Below the pieces are notes generated by a model that was not told the origin of the DNA, ran no database searches, and was given only the letters and a program-made list of their open reading frames with translations. From Solobacterium sp. (GTDB lineage Bacteria; Bacillota_I; Bacilli_A; Erysipelotrichales; Erysipelotrichaceae), in assembly GCA_017510405.1 (NCBI GenBank), contig JAFWNG010000033.1, positions 19,005 through 83,004 of the forward strand: DNA of 64,000 bases. The letters are read 5' to 3'. Both the position numbers and the translations under genes were made by a program. Positions 19,133 through 27,996 of the stretch are shown here, in pieces. Position 1 is the stretch's first letter. Every line of letters begins with the position of its first letter.

Positions 19133-20878
19133 GAAATTCTCCATGCGGTCCATGATGCCGTATAAAGGCAGATACGGATCGTCGATCAGCTGTACCGAAT
19201 CGCCGAGTTCCATCAGATGGTCGGATCCGGAATTGACCGGCCATTCCGGAGCCCCCTCGGCCTGCGGTACACCGGTCTTTGCGAAGGATGCCCAGTACGC
19301 CAGCATGATTCTGCTCAGGCGGCGGTCCTCTGCGTCATACAGCGAGGACTTTGCCGGGATCCTTCCGAATACGTACGGAAGCTCTCCGCTGTGCCAGTCG
19401 GAGAGTCTTTTATTTGTTTTGGAGAACAGGTAGGCATAGACCGGTTCCTGATTCTGCACAGCCAGCCGGTTGAGGGCGCTGTGGGAATAGCTGAAGAAGA
19501 TCGCTCCGTAGATCTCTGCCCAGTTTGCGGCGGCCTGTTTATCCGTGTAGGCAGGATAGAGCGCCAGTACGTCATCCGTATATTCGCCGAAGTACCGCCG
19601 GAGCTTTTCTTCGTAATTGGACAGATCGGTTTTGTCGAACAGGAGGAACGGACCGCTTTCGCCGGTATTGAAACCGTGCAGAAGCGCGCTCTCGTTGTGC
19701 ACGCCGCTTCTGCGCAGGATGTACGGATCGTCGGTGAATACATAGCCGTCCGGAGTGATGTGATGCTGGCTGTCCATTTCGCCGACCAGCTCCGCGGCAT
19801 CGATCTGCCGCAGTTCGTCAATAGAAGTACAGCCGTATCCCGCAAGAAGCTCTTTCCCGGAAGCCAGCGCCTTTTCCAGACTGCGGTAGGAATGCGGCGG
19901 GAAGGGGGAAGAGACCGTGCTGCTTTCCATCACGGCTTTTGTGAACAGACCGCGGGCAAGCGGGGAAACGCACAGAGCGTCGACACAGACTGCGCCGGCG
20001 GACTCGCCGATGATCGTGACGTTGGCCGGATCACCGCCGAACTGCGCAATATTGTCCCGCACCCATTCCAGCGCTTTGATCTGATCGAGCAGACCGTAGT
20101 TCCCGGTCGTTCCGTCTTCTTCCAGGAGGGACGCATCCGCCAGGAATCCGAAGACGCCGAGACGGTATCCCATATTCACGGTAATGACGCCGTTCTTCGC
20201 AAATGTTTCACCGCTGTAGTCGTCAAACCACGGCTGTCCCGTCTGCAGGGAACCGCCGTGTATATAAACGATGACCGGGAGACCTTCACAGATTCCCCGC
20301 GGCTTCCATACATTCACATACAGGCTGTCCTCACTGACCGGCGGCCGCCAGTTGTCCGACAGCGAGGCGGACAGGTTATGATAGCCGACGATCTGCGCAA
20401 GCGATGAGAACCACGGCGGCTGTACGGACTGCATCGACATCGGCGCAAACGCATCGCACATGCGGATCGAATGCCAGGGTTCGGGATCCTGCGGTGCTTT
20501 CCAACGCAGTTCGCCGACCGGCGGAGCGGCATACGGGATACCGGCAAATACCTCCGTTTCACCGTCTTCGCTGACAACGCCCATGACCGGACCGTCATTC
20601 AGATGGATCACACTGGTATATTCCGGCCTCTTAACGGAAACGGCCGGCACATTCCGTACCGGCGGCTGTGACACAAATATCACTGCACCGGTAAGGATCA
20701 GAAACAGGATCCAGGCTGTGAATCTTCTGCCGCCGCGCTGATTCCGGTATACCGGCGGAAAACCGACAGCGAGGACCGCAAACAGGATCCATCCGAGGAC
20801 GGTATTGTGATTCAGTTCAAGAAAAGTTAATGCAAGCAGTGTCAGGACTGCCCATATGATCCAGCTAAATACTTTCAT
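19121..20878 (-). CDS. Membrane-anchored type-B carboxylesterase
   Basis: GIPYAAPPVGELRW, SEDSLYVNVW, HGG, GESAG nucleophile, WHSGE; two N-terminal TM helices. Confidence 0.92.
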   Translation of the reverse strand: MKVFSWIIWAVLTLLALTFLELNHNTVLGWILFAVLAVGFPPVYRNQRGGRRFTAWILFLILTGAVIFVSQPPVRNVPAVSVKRPEYTSVIHLNDGPVMGVVSEDGETEVFAGIPYAAPPVGELRWKAPQDPEPWHSIRMCDAFAPMSMQSVQPPWFSSLAQIVGYHNLSASLSDNWRPPVSEDSLYVNVWKPRGICEGLPVIVYIHGGSLQTGQPWFDDYSGETFAKNGVITVNMGYRLGVFGFLADASLLEEDGTTGNYGLLDQIKALEWVRDNIAQFGGDPANVTIIGESAGAVCVDALCVSPLARGLFTKAVMESSTVSSPFPPHSYRSLEKALASGKELLAGYGCTSIDELRQIDAAELVGEMDSQHHITPDGYVFTDDPYILRRSGVHNESALLHGFNTGESGPFLLFDKTDLSNYEEKLRRYFGEYTDDVLALYPAYTDKQAAANWAEIYGAIFFSYSHSALNRLAVQNQEPVYAYLFSKTNKRLSDWHSGELPYVFGRIPAKSSLYDAEDRRLSRIMLAYWASFAKTGVPQAEGAPEWPVNSGSDHLMELGDSVQLIDDPYLPLYGIMDRMENFSLK

Positions 20879-21072
20879 GGCGATTCTCCGTGAACGTCTT
20901 TGTATTGTATGCGTTTGAACCTCTATGTTTCTATTCTGCACGAATCCGGCAGGACAGTCAAAACATTGACTCCGGGAGACATTTTCCGGCAGGAAAAAAC
21001 TGCAGAACCGGAGCGCCGGCTGTGTGTGACGGCTGTACATATGCTAAAATGAATATTAAGAAGAGAAGTACC

Positions 21073-22218
21073 ATGAAACTCATCATACATGATCTTTCGG
21101 CAGAACAATGGGAAAAGACTGCACCGGAGTACGAGGGATGGACGGTGATCGCGGATCACGGAAATATCCTCCCGTGCTGCGGCTGTTTTGGCTGCTGGAA
21201 CAAAGATCCCGGCCGCTGCGTCCTGAAAGACGGCTTTGAGAATATGGGGTATCTCATCCACCACGCGGAGGAGGTGACCGTCATCAGCCGTTATACGTAC
21301 GGCGGCTTCTCCGGATTCGTCAAGAATGTCTTTGACCGGTCGCTGGGCTATGTCCTGCCGCACTTTGAGATCGTCGGCGGGGAATCGCATCATCAGAAAC
21401 GATATGACGAGACCAGGGCATTTACGTTCATATTCTACGGCCATGATCTGAGCGAAGAAGAAAAGCTGAGTGCCCGCCGGTATGTCCGGGCGGTCACAGC
21501 AAATATGCGCACCCGCATCAAAGCGGTGATCTTCCGGGAAGTGGAAGAAGAGCCTGCTGCGGCGCGGAAACAGCAGGAAGAAAACGGCGGCCGGATCCTT
21601 CTGCTCAATGCCAGCATGCGCTGGAAAGACGGCAATTCCGCAAAACTGGCAGCCGTGCTTGCGGAGAAACTTGAACAGGAGTGTGACACCGTTCCGCTTG
21701 TGAAATACCGGCAGAATATGAGCGAACTTCTGCCGGTGATGGAGGAAGCGTCCGCTGTTGTCCTGTGCATGCCGCTGTATGTGGACGGCCTGCCGTCCCA
21801 GCTGATCCGGTTCATGGAACTGTGTGAGCGGGAATACCGCGGCGCGCCGAAGCGGATCTATGTACTGGCAAACATGGGATTATACGAAAGCAGACAGCTC
21901 GTTAATCTGTTTGAAGCCGTCCGGCAGTGGTGCGGCGCCATGGGATTTGCGTACTGCGGCGGACTGGGCGTCAGTGCCGGGGAACTGGTCGGCGCTCTGC
22001 TGGATGTGATCAGACCGGGCATATGGCCGACACGTCCGATCGTAAACGGTCTTTGTAAACTGGCCGGCGCGATCCGGACGAACAGCTGTACAGAGGATAC
22101 CTATACCGGACCGGACGGGTTCCCGCGTTCCCTGTACATCGCAATAGCAAACAGCGGATGGAAACGGATGGCAGTGAAAAACGGCATCCGTCCGCAGGAT
22201 CTGTTCCGCCGGCTCTGA
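21073..22218 (+). CDS. Tandem flavodoxin-like (NAD(P)H-dependent FMN reductase) protein
   Basis: C.GCFGCW...PG.C in first domain; second domain NAS.R...NS, PLYVDGLPS. Confidence 0.75.
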   Translation: MKLIIHDLSAEQWEKTAPEYEGWTVIADHGNILPCCGCFGCWNKDPGRCVLKDGFENMGYLIHHAEEVTVISRYTYGGFSGFVKNVFDRSLGYVLPHFEIVGGESHHQKRYDETRAFTFIFYGHDLSEEEKLSARRYVRAVTANMRTRIKAVIFREVEEEPAAARKQQEENGGRILLLNASMRWKDGNSAKLAAVLAEKLEQECDTVPLVKYRQNMSELLPVMEEASAVVLCMPLYVDGLPSQLIRFMELCEREYRGAPKRIYVLANMGLYESRQLVNLFEAVRQWCGAMGFAYCGGLGVSAGELVGALLDVIRPGIWPTRPIVNGLCKLAGAIRTNSCTEDTYTGPDGFPRSLYIAIANSGWKRMAVKNGIRPQDLFRRL

Positions 22219-22257
22219 AGACGGAACGCTGAGAATGAAATCGTTGAGGAGGGGATC

Positions 22258-22797
22258 ATGAAAATCGGAAAAACAGAGATCCGTATCGTAAAAGCGGACA
22301 TCACAAAACTGACAAATGTGGAAGCGATCGTTAACTCCGCCAGCAAGACCCTGCAGTCCGGCGGCGGTGTGAACGGCGCAATCCATAAGGCGGCAGGGGA
22401 CGGCCTTCTGCAGGAATGCCGGCGTCTGAAGGGATGCAGTACCGGAGAAGCGAAGATCACCCGGGCATATCGTCTTCCCTGCGTCTATGTGATCCATACC
22501 GTAGCGCCGGTATGGCATGGAGGAAGCTGGAACGAAGCGGAACAGCTGACATCGTGCTACCGGAACTGCCTGCGGCTGGCAAAAGAGAAGGGGATCCGCA
22601 GTATCGCGTTCCCGTCGCTTTCCACCGGCGTCAACGCCTATCCGGCAGACCAGGCAGCGGAGATCGCGATACGGGAAGTGATGCGCGTCATAAAGGAAGA
22701 TCCGGATGCCTTTGATCTGATCCAGTGGGCGCTGTTCGATCAGCGTACGAAGAATACCTATGACGCAGCGCTGCAGATCGTCAGTCTGCTGTCATAA
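22258..22797 (+). CDS. Macro domain protein (ADP-ribose/O-acetyl-ADP-ribose hydrolase)
   Basis: ADIT...AIVN.A...L..GGGVNGAIH.AAG, VIHTV.P, SIAFPSLSTGV. Confidence 0.93.
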   Translation: MKIGKTEIRIVKADITKLTNVEAIVNSASKTLQSGGGVNGAIHKAAGDGLLQECRRLKGCSTGEAKITRAYRLPCVYVIHTVAPVWHGGSWNEAEQLTSCYRNCLRLAKEKGIRSIAFPSLSTGVNAYPADQAAEIAIREVMRVIKEDPDAFDLIQWALFDQRTKNTYDAALQIVSLLS

Positions 22798-22900
22798 GCC
22801 CCAGACAGATATATACAGAATCTTTACTGCACACATTAAGAGGGGACTGCAAAAGCAGTTCCTTTTTTGCGTGCTTGCATATCGAGAGTAAAATCATAAA

Positions 22901-22963
22901 ATTTCGGTACCGAAATAATTGACGGCATAATGTGCACCTGCTATATTATGTTCGGTACCGAAC
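22901..22963 (+). promoter_or_regulatory. Promoter flanked by two palindromic operators (MarR autoregulation)
   Basis: ATTTCGGTACCGAAAT (22901-22916) and GTTCGGTACCGAAC (22950-22963) flank TTGACG-17-TATATT (22919-22947). Confidence 0.8.
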
Positions 22964-22989
22964 TAATACGGTACAGGAGGTACTAAAGA

Positions 22990-23517
22990 ATGGAATACAC
23001 AAAAGCTGTAAAACTGCATCGCAAGCTTGGACATATCGGCCGTGAACTGGCATCCGCCCGCGGAATGCGCCCGCATCGCAGACACGAAGAGGACGCAGAC
23101 AGGGGAATGAGAAGACCGTTTGCGGAAGACGGGATGCCCCGCCGCCCGGAGCACTGCCGGAAAAGAGGACACGGTCCGCGGATGCTGCCGCGTGAACGCA
23201 TCCTGCTGATCCTGGCCGGAGCACCGGAAGACGGGATCCACCAGAAGGATATTGCGGAACAGATCCGCATCAATCCTTCCTCCCTGTCCGAAGCGATCGA
23301 CAAGCTCGAATCCGACGGCTATGTCGTACGCGATGTTGATCCGGAAGACCGCAGATCCACAAAGATCCGCCTGACGGAGAAGGGCAGTGCGCGTGCCTGC
23401 GAGGTGGAGGACATGCACAAAGAGAGGATGGAGAAACTGTTCGCCAATCTGACCGATGAGGAACAGGACCAGCTTCTCACCCTGCTGGACAAGGCCTTTC
23501 CGGATCCGGAAGACTGA
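22990..23517 (+). CDS. MarR family regulator with Arg/His-rich N-terminal extension
   Basis: QKDIAE...I.PSSLSE.IDKLE..GYV.R..DPEDRR...IRLTEKG. Confidence 0.92.
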   Translation: MEYTKAVKLHRKLGHIGRELASARGMRPHRRHEEDADRGMRRPFAEDGMPRRPEHCRKRGHGPRMLPRERILLILAGAPEDGIHQKDIAEQIRINPSSLSEAIDKLESDGYVVRDVDPEDRRSTKIRLTEKGSARACEVEDMHKERMEKLFANLTDEEQDQLLTLLDKAFPDPED

Positions 23518-23586
23518 AAGACGACTCACCATCGTCTTTTTTCATCAGGCCGGAAATGATACAATAAATAAAACTGGGAGGCATTT

Positions 23587-24021
23587 ATGAAAATCCTGAA
23601 GAAAATAATCAACTGGGTCTCGGCAATACTGTTTTTCGGCGGCATCGGCCTGATGATCTTTGCCTATTATACGAATAAACCGTTTCTGAACTATATTTCC
23701 AGTCTTCTTTCCGACGCGAAGTTCGGAACGACGCTCAAGCAGATGCTGATCGGCGTGGCGATGCTGCTGCTGTCACTGCTGCTCTTCTCGGTCTCTCTGC
23801 GTGTCGGCGGAAAGATCAAACGTAAGGAAAAAGAGCGCGCAGCGGCGGAAAAAGCGCGTCTGCAGGAAGAAGAGAAGAAAAACAAGGAACTGCGCGAACA
23901 GGCAGAGCAGGCAAAGGCGGAAGCGGAAAAAATGCGTCAGGAAGCAGAGAAGGCACAGGCGCAGCTGCGCTCCATGGATACTGCTTCACTGGACACGACT
24001 GACGTTTCCAAAAGTGAATAA
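23587..24021 (+). CDS. Hypothetical membrane protein with C-terminal Lys/Glu/Ala coiled coil
   Basis: Two TM helices then KEKERAAAEKARLQEEEKK...; GGAGG RBS and downstream terminator. Confidence 0.75.
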   Translation: MKILKKIINWVSAILFFGGIGLMIFAYYTNKPFLNYISSLLSDAKFGTTLKQMLIGVAMLLLSLLLFSVSLRVGGKIKRKEKERAAAEKARLQEEEKKNKELREQAEQAKAEAEKMRQEAEKAQAQLRSMDTASLDTTDVSKSE

Positions 24022-24150
24022 TATCGATCGGACTGCATACAGGATCGCGGAAAGCTGACAGAGCGGATCTGTCAGTTTTTTTAGCGTTCTGCGGCGCTGA
24101 ATGAGGTCATGAAAACAGACATGCGGCACCTGTCGGAAAAGAGACTTTTC

Positions 24151-24164
24151 TGAAAGCGCTTACT
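24151..24164. promoter_or_regulatory. Possible cre (CcpA) site upstream of the Na/Pi cotransporter
   Basis: TGAAAGCGCTTACT, one mismatch to TGWAARCGYTWNCA. Confidence 0.4.
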
Positions 24165-24254
24165 TGAAAAAATGATGAATAAAGTACAGCAACTTACAGA
24201 CTTTTTACGCGGTTTTGATATATAATACCGACGGCTAAAAAGGAGATACACACT

Positions 24255-26069
24255 ATGAGTGTTTTTGATATCCTGACGCTTTTCGGAGGCCTGGCCCTGT
24301 TCCTGTACGGAATGCGGCTGATGGGAGACGGCTTGAAAGAGAGCGCTTCCGGCACGCTGAAGGTCGCCATGGAGCATGTGACGAACAACGCGTTCAAAGC
24401 CTTCCTGCTCGGACTCGGCGTGACAGCGCTGATCCAGTCGTCCACCGCGACGATCGTGATCACCGCCGGTCTTGTCGGTGCCGGCATCATTACGCTGAAA
24501 CAGTCACTCGGCATTATCGTCGGCGCCAACGTCGGTACGACCGTTACCGGACAGATCATCCGTCTTCTGGATATCGATTCCGGGTCGGCCGCATGGCTGC
24601 AGATCTTCAAGCCTTCGACGCTTGCGCCGGTCGCTCTGATCGCCGGAATTATCATTATCATGGGAATGAAATTCCGCAATTCCCGCGCCATCGGAAATAT
24701 CGCGATCGGCTTCGGTATTCTGTTCACCGGTCTGATCACGATGACCGACGCGGTGGATGTGCTGGCGGAAAGCGGTGCGCTCGGCAATCTGCTTGTTTCC
24801 TTCAGCAATAATCCGCTGTACGGCTTTTTGACCGGAACGGCAGTCTCATTCGTGCTGCAGAGTTCTTCCGCGGCAGTTGGTATTCTGCAGGCGTTCGCCG
24901 CCTCCGGAAAGCTGACATTCAGCGCGATCTACGCGGTGCTGGTCGGTATCTACCTCGGTGACTGCTCAACGACAGCCATCGTCGTCTGGATCGGTGCCAA
25001 GGCGGAGCCGCGCCGTGTCGCCGTCGTCAATATGCTGTTCAACTTCGGCAAGATGGCGCTGGTCATGATCGGCGTTGCCATCCTGAAGGCAGTGGGTGTT
25101 CTCGACGCGATCTGGAACGCTGCGGTCACATCCGGTTCGATCGCAAATACCAATACAATCTTCAACCTGGCATCCGCAGTCCTGCTGTTCCCGTTCCTCT
25201 CCATGATGGAAAAGGCGTCCTGCCGGATCGTCAAAGACGATGTCACAGACAGCGATACCTTCAAATACAAAGAAAAGATCGAAGCTCTCAACCCGGTATT
25301 CATTGATACGCCGGCGCTCGCACTGCGGAGCTGCTACGATCTTCTTATGACGATGTTCTACGCTGCCCGCAAGAATATCGAACGCGCCTTTGCTCTTCAG
25401 GTGGAATATGACGAGGTCGTCGTCAATAAGATCCGGGAAGAGGAAGACAACATCGACACGATGACCGACAGACTGTGCGTATATCTGCAGCAGCTGTCCT
25501 CCGGACTGACCGAAGAATCGCACGTACAGATCATGGACCAGTATTATAAAGTCGTGACGGAGTTTGAACGTCTCGGCGACTATGCCATGAATATCGCGGA
25601 GCTTTCGGAAGAACTGCACAGCCGGAATGTATCGTATTCCCGGCAGGCGCTTGCCGAGCTGAGCATTCTGAGCGATCTGATCAGCCGCATCCTCAATCTG
25701 ACGGAAGAGACTTTCCAGCACCGCAATGCCGAAGCCGCATATCAGATCGAACCGCTGGAAGAAGTTGTCGACAACTTCGTCGCGGAACTGCGCGCCCGTC
25801 ATCTGGACCGCCTGTACAAAGGCGAGTGCAACGTTTATGCCGGCAGCGCATTCATGGACCTGCTGAACGATATCGAACGTATCTCGGACATGTGCTCCGA
25901 CGTCGGTCTTGCGACGGTGGCGCGCGTTCACCAGGATCATGTTCTGCAGCCGCATGATTATATCGCTTTCCTGCACGCGGGCGAAGATGAAAACTTCAAC
26001 CGCCAGTACCAGGCAGCCTACAAAGAATACTTTGGCCGTCTGGGACAGCTGGACGCGTCTGAACTGTAA
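24255..26069 (+). CDS. Na+/Pi cotransporter family protein with PhoU-like C-terminus
   Basis: GGLALFLYGM, QSS.A repeats, GANVGTT, ERLGDYAMN, ERISDMC. Confidence 0.94.
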   Translation: MSVFDILTLFGGLALFLYGMRLMGDGLKESASGTLKVAMEHVTNNAFKAFLLGLGVTALIQSSTATIVITAGLVGAGIITLKQSLGIIVGANVGTTVTGQIIRLLDIDSGSAAWLQIFKPSTLAPVALIAGIIIIMGMKFRNSRAIGNIAIGFGILFTGLITMTDAVDVLAESGALGNLLVSFSNNPLYGFLTGTAVSFVLQSSSAAVGILQAFAASGKLTFSAIYAVLVGIYLGDCSTTAIVVWIGAKAEPRRVAVVNMLFNFGKMALVMIGVAILKAVGVLDAIWNAAVTSGSIANTNTIFNLASAVLLFPFLSMMEKASCRIVKDDVTDSDTFKYKEKIEALNPVFIDTPALALRSCYDLLMTMFYAARKNIERAFALQVEYDEVVVNKIREEEDNIDTMTDRLCVYLQQLSSGLTEESHVQIMDQYYKVVTEFERLGDYAMNIAELSEELHSRNVSYSRQALAELSILSDLISRILNLTEETFQHRNAEAAYQIEPLEEVVDNFVAELRARHLDRLYKGECNVYAGSAFMDLLNDIERISDMCSDVGLATVARVHQDHVLQPHDYIAFLHAGEDENFNRQYQAAYKEYFGRLGQLDASEL

Positions 26070-26074
26070 AACTG

Positions 26075-27166
26075 TTATCGTATCTCAAGGGCGGAGGCGA
26101 GATCCTCTGTGGCAATGATCCGGTAGGCGCCGCTTACCGTGCCTTCCCCCGTATATGCATCTTTATCAACGATCCATACCGCACCGGCTGACTGTCCGGT
26201 GCGTTTTTCATATTCCGCGAGGATCGCTTTTCCTTCTTCGATCGATACGGTGAAGAGGGCTGTGCTCAGTCCGTCCGCATAGGCAGAGTTCTCCGTGACG
26301 ATCGTTACGCTGTGATAGAGACAGGCCGGCATGCCGGTCTTCATATCGGTGATATGGCTGTAGCGCGTGCCTTCCGCATCGGTGTAGAAACGCTCGTAGT
26401 CGCCGCTTGTCACAAAGGAACAGGAACCGGGCAGGCGGATCCTGGCGGCTTCCGATCCGTCAGCGGCAGGAGAGGCTACGGCGATGACCCATGGGGCGTC
26501 AGAGGGCTTTGTGCCGATCGACCGTATATTGCGGCCGGCATTGACCATGGCGGTCTTGACGCCGGCTTTCTGCAGCAGCACAGCGAGCTTTTCCGCCGCG
26601 TATCCCTTGGCGATCCCGCCGGCATCCAGCGACATGTCGGGATCGTCGATATACACGGTCATCTGCTCTTCGTCGATCTGCACATGATCCCATCCCCGGT
26701 GCTGAAGCGCTTCTGTGATCTCTTCCTCGGAGGGCACTTTTCCGGGTCTTCCTTCGCTGTTTTCGCGGATGCCTTCTTCCCGGTATTCATGCCAGAGCCG
26801 CGTCACTGCGCCGGCGGTGATATCAAAGGCGCCGTCCGTCAGATCGTACAGTTCCCTGGCGTCTTTCAGCAGTTCTAAAACTTCTGCGTCTGTGCGCACC
26901 GGCTGTTTCCCGGCGGCTTCATTCACGGCTTTCAGGCCGTCCGGGGCAGTGTCTTCGCCATAGATGTCGAACAGACCGCTCAGCCGTTTCGCCGCTGTCA
27001 CGCTGCTTTCAAAATGCGCAGTAAAAGGATCCCGGCTGCCGGTATATTCCGTATAGGAAAAGACTGTGTCAAACCCGGCTTCAAGACTTGTATCGGTATA
27101 TGCTGTCACTGTTTCTGCGCAGCCGAGAAGGCAAACTGCCGCAAGCGCAGCCAGATGTATCTTCAT
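26075..27166 (-). CDS. apbE: FAD:protein FMN transferase lipoprotein
   Basis: Lipobox LLGC; GAFDIT.G, LDAGGIAKGY, TSGDYER, HI.D..TG, ADGLSTALF. Confidence 0.92.
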   Translation of the reverse strand: MKIHLAALAAVCLLGCAETVTAYTDTSLEAGFDTVFSYTEYTGSRDPFTAHFESSVTAAKRLSGLFDIYGEDTAPDGLKAVNEAAGKQPVRTDAEVLELLKDARELYDLTDGAFDITAGAVTRLWHEYREEGIRENSEGRPGKVPSEEEITEALQHRGWDHVQIDEEQMTVYIDDPDMSLDAGGIAKGYAAEKLAVLLQKAGVKTAMVNAGRNIRSIGTKPSDAPWVIAVASPAADGSEAARIRLPGSCSFVTSGDYERFYTDAEGTRYSHITDMKTGMPACLYHSVTIVTENSAYADGLSTALFTVSIEEGKAILAEYEKRTGQSAGAVWIVDKDAYTGEGTVSGAYRIIATEDLASALEIR

Positions 27167-27243
27167 GAAAAAAAGTATAGCATACCGGCATGGAAGCGGG
27201 GAATGCGCAAACGACCGGGTTATATAAACAGAAGGAGGGCAAC

Positions 27244-27996
27244 ATGAAACGTACGATCCTGTTCAAGGCAGCCGTGTGCATCGTATTCGCGGCGCTTCTT
27301 CTGGCAATGAATTATGTGCTGTTCACGGTATATGCCGCATACCGCATCGGCATGACGCCGGTATACCTGGCGGCGCGCGACCTGCCGCCCCGCACCCGCA
27401 TCGGCGAAGAAGATCTGATCGAGACTGAGATCCCCGCGGGATATATCCTGCCCGGCACCGTGACCGCAAAGGAACAGATCATTGGCATGATCACGGATAT
27501 ACAGGGGACGATACCCGCCGGCTCCCCGTTTTACGCATCGATGCTGGAAAAGCCGGAAGAGATCTGGGATTACGGCGTATCCCTGTTAAAAGAAGGGCAG
27601 ACCGCCTGCCGCCTGCTTCTCGATCCGGCGGAGCTGCGCACCCTGAGCGCCGGCATGCGGGCGGATGTCCACATCGTGATCGAACAGAAGGATCTGGCGC
27701 CGCTGACCGGCTGTATCCTGTCCCATGCCCGCATCCTTGTCCTGCGCGACCGGCAGGGGATACCGGTGGATGACCCGGAAAGCAGCGGCGTACCGTATCT
27801 TGCCGAGATTGCCGTCAACCGTGAGGATATCGATCTGCTGGCCGTGGCGGAAAGCGAGGGGACACTGCGTCTGTACGCTTCCGAAGGCACGTACCGGGGC
27901 ATGGAGGCAGCCCGCCCGGAGAACTCCGCAGCGCTCCGGTATCTGCTCTCACGCATGGAAAAAGCCGGTCCGCAGGGATCGGCTCAGGGTTCCTGA
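27244..27996 (+). CDS. SAF-domain / CpaB(RcpC)-like protein
   Basis: N-terminal TM; VYLAARDLPP.TRI.EEDL SAF motif; RcpC-like C-terminus (ARILVL...EIAV). Confidence 0.7.
   Translation: MKRTILFKAAVCIVFAALLLAMNYVLFTVYAAYRIGMTPVYLAARDLPPRTRIGEEDLIETEIPAGYILPGTVTAKEQIIGMITDIQGTIPAGSPFYASMLEKPEEIWDYGVSLLKEGQTACRLLLDPAELRTLSAGMRADVHIVIEQKDLAPLTGCILSHARILVLRDRQGIPVDDPESSGVPYLAEIAVNREDIDLLAVAESEGTLRLYASEGTYRGMEAARPENSAALRYLLSRMEKAGPQGSAQGS

Noticed and set aside
20940-21030. Short inverted and direct repeats (AGTCAA-AACA-TTGACT; CCGGCAGGA twice) in the divergent spacer
   Set aside because: Too short to distinguish from chance without comparative data
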